Source: Clostridia bacterium (GTDB taxonomy: Bacteria > Bacillota > Clostridia > TANB77 > CAG-508). Taken from it: a DNA stretch of 60,863 nucleotides. Below are positions 1 through 6,215 of this stretch, piece after piece. The translations under genes and the position numbers were made by a program. Where the stretch lies: the NCBI GenBank assembly GCA_022790575.1, contig JAAVXM010000049.1:1-60863 (forward strand), read 5' to 3'. The notes below the pieces were generated by a model that was not told the DNA's origin, did not search any database, and saw only the letters and a program-made list of their open reading frames with translations. Each line of letters begins with the position of its first letter. The stretch's first letter is position 1.

Positions 1-53
1 AGTGTGACAACAAGCGCTATTAGCGTTATTCCTTTGTTTTTTCTTGTTTTCAT
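1..53 (-). CDS. pilin-like protein (prepilin-type leader plus hydrophobic N-terminal helix), 5' end only; the body runs off the left edge
   Basis: The reverse complement of 1-53 reads ATG AAA ACA AGA AAA AAC AAA GGA ATA ACG CTA ATA GCG CTT GTT GTC ACA CT, i.e. [17 protein letters not shown]. The ORFs at 21407-21781 and 36114-37613 have the same leader and helix. A GAAAGGAATGG RBS lies just upstream. Confidence 0.7.
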   Translation of the reverse strand, partial: MKTRKNKGITLIALVVT

Positions 54-151
54 CTTTATCCATTCCTTTCTCTTTATTTTTTGGCTTGTTTCTGCCAGTT
101 TATAAGGCTCAAAAAAGATGGTCCTTTTATTTTCATAATAAAATGCCTACC

Positions 152-256
152 TTATTCATCACTAATAAAGGTATTTTTACCTCTTATTATCTTTATTAAA
201 TTGTGTTTGCTAATTTTTGTATGTAAATCTAATACTTTCACAATTTTATTTGTCAT
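152..256 (-). CDS. 34-aa mini-ORF upstream of the pilin-like gene (MTNKIVKVLDLHTKISKHNLIKIIRGKNTFISDE)
   Basis: GGAGA RBS 7 nt before the ATG at 256 and TAA at 154-152. The C-terminal 11 residues are identical to the mini-ORF at 37683-37783, and the only nucleotide differences there are synonymous. Confidence 0.5.
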   Translation of the reverse strand: MTNKIVKVLDLHTKISKHNLIKIIRGKNTFISDE

Positions 257-284
257 TTGTTTGTCTCCAATCCACTTTTTTTAT

Positions 285-313
285 ATTCTATATGAACAGT
301 ATAACTGTGTCAA
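285..313 (-). promoter_or_regulatory. sigma-A type promoter for the mini-ORF and pilin-like gene
   Basis: Minus strand has TTGACA (313-308), a 17-nt spacer and TAGAAT (290-285). Confidence 0.5.
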
Positions 314-408
314 AGCATTAACTGCATACTTTTTTCTGACGCTTTTACTGTATATCCTACTTTTTTAGACATTTTATATTCTTGTTATTCTCTCACTACA
401 AAAACCCT

Positions 409-441
409 AGAAGGGGCAAGCTAAATTGGCTTGCCCCTTCT
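409..441 (-). terminator. GC-rich hairpin, intrinsic terminator in minus orientation
   Basis: AGAAGGGGCAAGC / GCTTGCCCCTTCT stem with a 6-nt loop. On the minus strand it is followed by AGGGTTTTTG. No minus-strand gene lies immediately upstream of it. Confidence 0.45.
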
Positions 442-469
442 GGAAATTCATTATTATACGAATATCTTG

Positions 470-498
470 TTGACAAATTAACAAATATTCAATAAAAT
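470..498 (+). promoter_or_regulatory. sigma-A type promoter for the gene starting at 520
   Basis: TTGACA (470-475), a 17-nt spacer and TAAAAT (493-498). A GAAGGGG RBS precedes the ATG at 520. Confidence 0.55.
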
Positions 499-519
499 AA
501 AAATAGAGAAGGGGTAAAC

Positions 520-921
520 ATGGATTTTGAAAAAGAATTAAGAGATAGTATATCTAAACAAAGATTAGAATTATTAGATAGAGGCTTTCAATATATATGG
601 TGTGAGAAAAATTTAAGTCCAGAAGACTTAAGATGTCACATAATTAATGACATAATGGATGCATATTCTATATATATTGAAGAGAAAATGGGAAATATTC
701 CAAAAGAGCAATTATATAAGTCACTAGATGAATTTGAACAACAGCTGTCTTTAGAGGCATTATGTGAAATGAAGGAAAAACTAGAGTTAGAAAAACAAGA
801 AGAAGCCTATATTAAATATCAGCAGCAATATAATCGTTTTAATAATGGGCGGAACAACCTCAGTATTAGAAGTATTAATACGAAGGGCTTTTCTACAAAA
901 ACTAAATACATCTTCTGTTGA
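520..921 (+). CDS. hypothetical protein; possibly the N-terminal part of a frameshifted gene that continues in 845-1723
   Basis: The ORF has a good RBS and promoter. The last ~25 residues look non-native (NNGRNNLSIRSINTKGFSTKTKYIFC), and the frame overlaps the next ORF by 77 nt. Confidence 0.5.
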   Translation: MDFEKELRDSISKQRLELLDRGFQYIWCEKNLSPEDLRCHIINDIMDAYSIYIEEKMGNIPKEQLYKSLDEFEQQLSLEALCEMKEKLELEKQEEAYIKYQQQYNRFNNGRNNLSIRSINTKGFSTKTKYIFC

Positions 922-1723
922 TGATATTTTAGTAATCCTAGAAGAAAGAACACACACAAATGAACAATTTGCAACTCGTTATCCATATATAAAAGAGCTG
1001 ATTAGTGGAGAAATATTTAACATACAGGAATTGTTAAGAAAAGCTTTAGAGCATGATGTTGATTATCTTTTTAATTCTCGTATTAATTGTGGTGGTTATG
1101 CTTTAAAAATTGATATATGTATATTCCCAAGAAAAGGAGATTTTGAGAAAAGTGTTTCAACACTCTTAGATACATTCCCTTTTGTGAGACTACTTGGAGA
1201 TACACAATTAAGTGAGGATGAATATCTAGTATTGTATAGAGCTCATGGAAATGGCGGACATCATTTTATTCGTGTGGATGATGATGGTACAGTTGTTGAG
1301 AAAAATGATTGCCAATCCCCAAAGAATTTTAATGGTTGGGGAACTCTAGAGAATAGTCCAGAGGCTGTCTTTGCTGTGAAAAAAGAACATGAAATGTGGT
1401 ATTTTAAACAAGAACCTAATATAGTGATTCCAAGTAAAACATCAATGAATTTTGAAGAAACTGTCTTTTCTGCTATAAAACAACAACAAAATTCATTTGA
1501 TTATCATAATCATTGTTATGTATTTAAAAAGTCTAAAAATGGCACAGTATATATATGTAGTAATTCTGAAATTGTTGCAGAGATGATAATAGATGGAGAT
1601 GAGTATGATATTGAAATTAAAGATGGTAAACAGTCTTATATAAGTAATACTCAACCCAAAGTTCCTATTGTAATAAAAAATGGCAAGTACCAAGGCTTTA
1701 ACCATGAGGAATATTCTCATTAA
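845..1723 (+). CDS. hypothetical protein with a Cys...His-His motif (NCGGYAL ... NGGHHFIRVDDDG)
   Basis: A 292-aa ORF with native-looking composition. There is no RBS before the ATG at 845, so the true start is uncertain. Confidence 0.6.
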   Translation: MGGTTSVLEVLIRRAFLQKLNTSSVDDILVILEERTHTNEQFATRYPYIKELISGEIFNIQELLRKALEHDVDYLFNSRINCGGYALKIDICIFPRKGDFEKSVSTLLDTFPFVRLLGDTQLSEDEYLVLYRAHGNGGHHFIRVDDDGTVVEKNDCQSPKNFNGWGTLENSPEAVFAVKKEHEMWYFKQEPNIVIPSKTSMNFEETVFSAIKQQQNSFDYHNHCYVFKKSKNGTVYICSNSEIVAEMIIDGDEYDIEIKDGKQSYISNTQPKVPIVIKNGKYQGFNHEEYSH

Positions 1724-1758
1724 TAAGAGTTAAATATTGTTACATATAAAAATAAAGG

Positions 1759-1800
1759 GCCCCAGAAGAATTAAACTGTTTAGTTTCTTTCCTCTGGGGC
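1759..1800. terminator. bidirectional hairpin terminator
   Basis: GCCCCAGAAG ... CCTCTGGGGC stem, with an A/T run on each side. It lies between the convergent gene 845-1723 and the small minus-strand ORF. Confidence 0.5.
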
Positions 1801-1907
1801 ATACATTTTGGTATTTCATCTATGATATTCATCAAAATGAGTCTACCATTTTTAATTGATGATACAAGTCTACATCATCTTCTTGTGATGGGGCTACATT
1901 ACGAATG

Positions 1908-2054
1908 TTACATATCTTCGACCATATGGATTTCTCCCACCAGACACTGAACATCAGTCTCAGGTGTGCCTGCTTCTTGCCCTCTCTGCATTCCTACAAA
2001 TACAATGAGACAGACCAGAATTGCAATGATGATGAAAGGTATAAAAGCTTTCAT
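1908..2054 (-). CDS. 48-aa small membrane peptide (MKAFIPFIIIAILVCLIVFVGMQRGQEAGTPETDVQCLVGEIHMVEDM)
   Basis: AGGAGGG RBS 6 nt before the ATG at 2054. An extended -10 (TGTTATAAT) lies about 50 nt upstream. The peptide has one N-terminal TM helix and an acidic tail. It is too short for the ORF track, and the local GC is higher than the surroundings. Confidence 0.45.
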   Translation of the reverse strand: MKAFIPFIIIAILVCLIVFVGMQRGQEAGTPETDVQCLVGEIHMVEDM

Positions 2055-2174
2055 TATAGTCCCTCCTGCTTAACGTCCAATGGACTTAGTATGTTCCATA
2101 TTATAACATACTTTGTAATTGAAGTAAAGTATTTATGTTCATTTACCTTTCTAAAATAAAATTTTCTTTATTAC

Positions 2175-2203
2175 TTGTAAAAAAATATATATTGATGTAT
2201 AAT
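2175..2203 (+). promoter_or_regulatory. sigma-A type promoter of the antiporter gene
   Basis: TTGTAA (2175-2180), a 17-nt spacer and TATAAT (2198-2203). Confidence 0.5.
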
Positions 2204-2293
2204 ATTTAAGAAATGAGGGAGTAATTAGCATATTATATGTAATAAAGTCAACATCCTGATATTTTTAAATATCTGGCTTTATTTTAAATAATG

Positions 2294-2336
2294 AGACTTG
2301 TTTGCAAAATATAGATTGCAAATTCAGTCTTTTTTT
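2294..2336 (+). terminator. intrinsic terminator inside the 5' leader of the antiporter gene (attenuator-like)
   Basis: AGACTTGTTTGCAA ... TTGCAAATTCAGTCT stem followed by T7. It ends about 15 nt before the AAAGGAGG RBS. Confidence 0.5.
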
Positions 2337-2361
2337 GTACATGCATTAAAGGAGGAATAAA

Positions 2362-3306
2362 ATGGTTGTATCAATACTTTTAATTATTATGGGATTTGCA
2401 CTGCTTATTGTTAGTGCAGATATATTGGTTAATGGAGCAAGTGGGATTGCAAAAAGATTTCATATTCCTGAAATTATAATAGGACTTACTATTGTATCAA
2501 TTGGAACTTCAATGCCTGAATTATTTGTTAGTATTACATCAGCATTGGAAGGTCATTCTGATATGGCAATAGGAAATATAGTAGGAAGCAATTTATGTAA
2601 TTTGCTACTTATTTTAGGTTTATCGGCAATTATTAAGCCTGTTGTGTTTCAAAAGGAAACAAGACTTTTTGAAATACCTATGTGTCTATTTTTTACAATA
2701 ATACTTATGGTATTTTGCAATTTGGGAAATAATATCTCAAGGATTGAAGCTATAATATTATTACTATTATTTATCTTTTTTATTGGATATACAATTTTTA
2801 TGGGGAAAAAAGAAAGTAAAAATAAAATAGACGAGGTTGATGTAAACGAAAATCAGAAAAATAGCATTTTAAAGAATTCAATTCTAATTATACTTGGTAT
2901 TATTGGATTGAAAATTGGTGGGGATTTAACTGTTAATAATGCTGTTAATGTTGCAAATTTCTTTAATATAAGTGAAAAGATTATTAGTTTAACAATTCTT
3001 GCTGTTGGTACAAGTCTACCAGAACTCGTAACTAGCGTAACAGCTGCAATTAAAGGTAATAGCGACATAGCAATAGGAAATATTATTGGCTCTAATATAT
3101 TTAATATTTTACTTATAATTGGTGTTTCTGCTGTGATAAACCCTATTACATATAATCTTACATATAACTTCGACTTGAGTGTATTATTATTGTCAACCGT
3201 TATCTTAGCTCTATTCCCTTTTATTCCTCCAAAGAATAAAATGAGTAGAGCAAATGGATTTATATATGTTTTAATATATGTTGCTTATTTAGTAGTATTA
3301 TTTTAA
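2362..3306 (+). CDS. Ca2+/Na+ antiporter, CaCA (YrbG-like) family
   Basis: Two internal alpha-repeats (GTSMPELFVS...GNIVGSN and GTSLPELVTS...GNIIGSN) and about 10 TM segments. Confidence 0.85.
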   Translation: MVVSILLIIMGFALLIVSADILVNGASGIAKRFHIPEIIIGLTIVSIGTSMPELFVSITSALEGHSDMAIGNIVGSNLCNLLLILGLSAIIKPVVFQKETRLFEIPMCLFFTIILMVFCNLGNNISRIEAIILLLLFIFFIGYTIFMGKKESKNKIDEVDVNENQKNSILKNSILIILGIIGLKIGGDLTVNNAVNVANFFNISEKIISLTILAVGTSLPELVTSVTAAIKGNSDIAIGNIIGSNIFNILLIIGVSAVINPITYNLTYNFDLSVLLLSTVILALFPFIPPKNKMSRANGFIYVLIYVAYLVVLF

Positions 3307-3331
3307 GTCTTTTTCTATTAAAAGCTGGTTA

Positions 3332-3404
3332 CAGTAAAATACAAAATAAAAGTCTACAATGTAGTATTTAAACTACTTGCAGACTTTTTATTATATGGTG
3401 AGCC
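3332..3404. repeat. direct repeat, left copy: orphan duplicate of the tRNA-Arg 3' end plus its terminator
   Basis: Aligns with 4282-4356 at roughly 85% by eye. It ends in TTATATGGTGAGCC, and the hairpin differences between the copies are compensatory. Confidence 0.75.
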
Positions 3405-3471
3405 ACAACTTAACAAATCCGAAATTTTATTTTTGTGAAATGGGAATTGTAGTAATTTACATAAGAAAATA

Positions 3472-3951
3472 TTAAAGATTATTTAGTAATTCTTCCCTAA
3501 AGTTCATTAGATTAGAAAAGGCAATATGTATTCCTTTATTTTCAAGCCTTAATATACTTTCAGCCTTTTCTATAATTTCTTTTTGCAAAGGCATTGAAAT
3601 TGTCACATCATTATTCCTAACCTGATATTTTTCTTCAATATATTTTTGAGTTGTTGGAAACATATTTTGTATTAGAAATACAGCGTTTTCATCTTTAACA
3701 ATTCCAAAAACAAAATTTAATGGCTCACGGTGTATTTTTTGCTTTTTCTTTTCATAAATAGATTTGTATTTTTCGTATTGCTTAGAAATAGGAACAAACC
3801 ATATTATATTCTTGTTCGTTTTATCTTCAAAGCAAAAATAACAAGGTCTTTTATTTCCAGTTTCTTTGTTTTCCATTAAATTATATTTATTACCATATTT
3901 TTTAATAAATTCATTACTTATAAAATAAAATCTTCTATTTTCTATTTGCAT
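3472..3951 (-). CDS. type III toxin-antitoxin system toxin, ToxN/AbiQ/CptN-like endoribonuclease
   Basis: 159 aa. The N-terminus RRFYFISNEFIKKYGNKY resembles the ToxN/AbiQ N-terminus (MKFYTISSKYIEYL). It sits immediately downstream of tandem repeats and a hairpin, the canonical type III layout. Confidence 0.7.
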   Translation of the reverse strand: MQIENRRFYFISNEFIKKYGNKYNLMENKETGNKRPCYFCFEDKTNKNIIWFVPISKQYEKYKSIYEKKKQKIHREPLNFVFGIVKDENAVFLIQNMFPTTQKYIEEKYQVRNNDVTISMPLQKEIIEKAESILRLENKGIHIAFSNLMNFREELLNNL

Positions 3952-3977
3952 TTAATTCCTCCTAAAATAATTAAAAT

Positions 3978-4003
3978 GAGGGCATCTTCAAAAAGATTCC
4001 CCC
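3978..4003 (-). terminator. leaky terminator-like hairpin between the repeat RNA and the toxin gene
   Basis: Minus strand has GGGGGAATCTT-TTTG-AAGATGCCCTC followed by ATTTTAATTATTTT. Confidence 0.4.
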
Positions 4004-4023
4004 ATATACATTTTTTAGCTTGC

Positions 4024-4117
4024 CCTATTTACCGACACTGCAAGCCGTGTCATCCATTTGTTAAACCTATCCTATTTACCGACACTATAGGTCGTGTCCT
4101 CCATTTTTATAATATTA
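4024..4117 (-). ncRNA. candidate type III antitoxin RNA: two tandem 47-nt repeats
   Basis: Unit 4024-4070 and unit 4071-4117 share CCTATTTACCGACACT..G..GTGTC.TCCATTT. Each unit contains a GACAC/GTGTC hairpin. A weak third partial unit lies toward the toxin. Confidence 0.65.
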
Positions 4118-4144
4118 GTATAACACAAAAATATAATCTTTGCA
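4117..4144 (-). promoter_or_regulatory. sigma-A type promoter of the antitoxin-toxin transcript
   Basis: Minus strand has TTGCAA (4144-4139), a 16-nt spacer and TATACT (4122-4117), directly upstream of the first repeat. Confidence 0.55.
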
Positions 4145-4281
4145 ATGTTTTTTGTGTAAGATTTACTAATATATATTATTAGTATTATTAAAAAAAGTGA
4201 TATTATACTTGAAAGTATAGAAAAAGTCACACAGTATTTTGAAGCACAAGGACTATAAAAAAGTCCGTTGCAGTAAAATTG

Positions 4282-4347
4282 CAGTAAAAAACACAAAATA
4301 AAAACCTACAATGTAGTATTTAAGCTACTTGTAGGTTTTTTGTTATA

Positions 4348-4356
<9 letters not shown>
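4282..4356. repeat. direct repeat, right copy: tRNA-Arg 3' end plus terminator
   Basis: Pairs with 3332-3404 and overlaps the last 9 nt of the tRNA (GGCTCACCA on the minus strand). Confidence 0.75.
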
Positions 4357-4424
<68 letters not shown>

Positions 4425-4584
4425 ATTTGTTAACACCTAAATATATTATCATATATTTAAATATTAGTCAATATAATTTGCAAATTTTTCTAACTTTTTA
4501 GGTCAACTAGTAATGTTATATGCACATTTATTTTTTTAATTCATATAATAGTTAATAACGCATAAATTGTTTAGAGGTGATATT

Positions 4585-5094
4585 ATGTCTGATAAAATGA
4601 ATGACCTATTTGACAATGTCAAAAAAATGGTTGATAGTGGCAATATTCCTAGTGATATTCAACAAATGATGAACAACTTGCAGAATTCATCTAATAATGC
4701 AAATACAAGTAACAATCAGAATTCATATAATGGTCAAAACGCAAATAATTCAGCACCAGATTTAAGTAATATATTAAGTCAGGTGTCTCCTGAAATGCTT
4801 AGTAACCTAAGTAATATGATGAATTCAAATTCACAGTCAAATTCTAATATGAATGGTAATAACAACAATTCTGGTTTTAATATTGATGCAAATACTATTA
4901 TGAAAATGCAGTCTATCATGTCTCAAATGAATAATAAAAATGACCCTAGGGCCAATTTATTACATTCTTTGAAGCCATATTTAAGAGATACAAAAAAAGG
5001 GAAATTAGACCAATATGTGAACTTGCTCAATATTTCTAAGATAGCAGATGTTATGAATAAAAATAACAATAAGGAGAATAATGAAAATGCCTAG
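4585..5094 (+). CDS. hypothetical Asn/Ser-rich low-complexity protein
   Basis: AGAGGTGA RBS before the ATG at 4585. The N- and C-terminal parts look native (MSDKMNDLFDNVKKMVDSG..., ...LKPYLRDTKKGKLDQYVNLL). Confidence 0.6.
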   Translation: MSDKMNDLFDNVKKMVDSGNIPSDIQQMMNNLQNSSNNANTSNNQNSYNGQNANNSAPDLSNILSQVSPEMLSNLSNMMNSNSQSNSNMNGNNNNSGFNIDANTIMKMQSIMSQMNNKNDPRANLLHSLKPYLRDTKKGKLDQYVNLLNISKIADVMNKNNNKENNENA

Positions 5095-5518
5095 ACTCCC
5101 TAATTACTTTCCATTTCCCCCTTATCCTTATAGAAGAAACAGTTTCTTCTATAAGCCTGCTTCTCCTAGAGTAAACTACTCACCCTATCGTCCTTCTCCA
5201 GTATCTCATCCAACAATGTCCCCATCATATTTTAATAACTCTAACCTAGGGCATTGTTCTGAGCCTATGGGTAATATCTCTGGTCGTAATCCTAACTATT
5301 CTTCAAATAATTGTTCTTCTAGCTGTGTATCTGAGCAATGCTCCCATTTGCAGAATTGCGACTTAGAAGATGACGAGGATAAAGTTTGGCTTGATTTATT
5401 TGGTATAAAATTGCATTTTGATGATGTACTAATTCTTGGACTTTTATTTTTCCTTTATAAAGAAGAAGTTAAAGATGAAGGCTTATTCCTATCTTTAGTT
5501 ATGTTACTTATTAGTTAA
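5087..5518 (+). CDS. hypothetical Pro/Ser/Tyr-rich protein with a hydrophobic C-terminus
   Basis: AAGGAGA RBS 9 nt before the ATG at 5087. It overlaps the previous stop and is followed by a terminator hairpin. Confidence 0.5.
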   Translation: MPRLPNYFPFPPYPYRRNSFFYKPASPRVNYSPYRPSPVSHPTMSPSYFNNSNLGHCSEPMGNISGRNPNYSSNNCSSSCVSEQCSHLQNCDLEDDEDKVWLDLFGIKLHFDDVLILGLLFFLYKEEVKDEGLFLSLVMLLIS

Positions 5519-5547
5519 GCCATAAATATTGCTATTTATGGCTTAAC
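5514..5547. terminator. bidirectional terminator hairpin
   Basis: GTTAAGCCATAAATA-TTGC-TATTTATGGCTTAAC, between convergent genes. Confidence 0.6.
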
Positions 5548-5556
5548 TATTATTTA

Positions 5557-6171
5557 CTATTGTTTTTCTATTATTATTTTGTCTTCTTCAACATATATAT
5601 AAACATATTTTCCTATTTCATTATCTTCTTTGCTTATCTCTTTTACAATGTTTGATATTCTAAGCTGAACTGTATCTAATTCACTTGCTGTGATTATTGC
5701 TTCTTTATTTCCTTTTGCTCCTGCATGTGCTAGACCTCTTAAAGTCCCTATTATTGCAATATTGTCTGCTGCAATTACTTCTGCTCCTGAATTTACATCT
5801 CCTATAATTACTATACTTCCTTCTGATTCTATCTTTTGACCTGAACGTAATGAACCTTTATGAAATATTGTTTTTGAAACTTCAATGTCTTTTTTATAAC
5901 TTCTCATAATGCTATGTAACCCCAATTCTGTTGGACTGTTAAAATTCACTTCAACATCAATTTCTCTTTTTATTATTTCTTCTATTTCTTTCATTTCTTC
6001 TTCTTCTAATATTTTCCCTGCAACTCTTATTGGTGTTCTCTCATCTTGGTATAACTTTTTTAATTCCACAATTTTGGTTCTTAATTCTTGTTTTATATTT
6101 TCTTGTGTTGAATTGTCATCAATTTTAATTAATATTTCCTCTTTTTTGAGATTTATGCTAATACAATTCAT
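5557..6171 (-). CDS. minC: septum site-determining protein MinC
   Basis: C-terminal beta-helix repeats (IIGDVNSGAEVIAADNIAIIGTLRGLAHAGAKGN). Position downstream of mreBCD-PBP2. Confidence 0.85.
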   Translation of the reverse strand: MNCISINLKKEEILIKIDDNSTQENIKQELRTKIVELKKLYQDERTPIRVAGKILEEEEMKEIEEIIKREIDVEVNFNSPTELGLHSIMRSYKKDIEVSKTIFHKGSLRSGQKIESEGSIVIIGDVNSGAEVIAADNIAIIGTLRGLAHAGAKGNKEAIITASELDTVQLRISNIVKEISKEDNEIGKYVYIYVEEDKIIIEKQ

Positions 6172-6215
6172 TTCTATACTCTCCTATCCCTATAAGTATT
6201 TATCTTTGATTTTTA

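Noticed and set aside
81-368. The 95-aa plus-strand ORF at the left edge.
   Set aside because: It overlaps, on the opposite strand, the promoter and the conserved 34-aa mini-ORF of the pilin-like locus. It has a hydrophobic junk-like composition and no RBS.
1905-2159. The 84-aa plus-strand ORF.
   Set aside because: It has no RBS or promoter. The opposite strand carries a much better supported small gene with promoter, SD and terminator.
4024-4117. A CRISPR array.
   Set aside because: There are only two adjacent 47-nt units with no spacers and no cas genes. The context fits a type III antitoxin RNA instead.
5557-6171. minC is not followed by minD/minE.
   Set aside because: It is worth noting, but minDE may be encoded elsewhere. 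Absence from one locus is not evidence of an unusual system.
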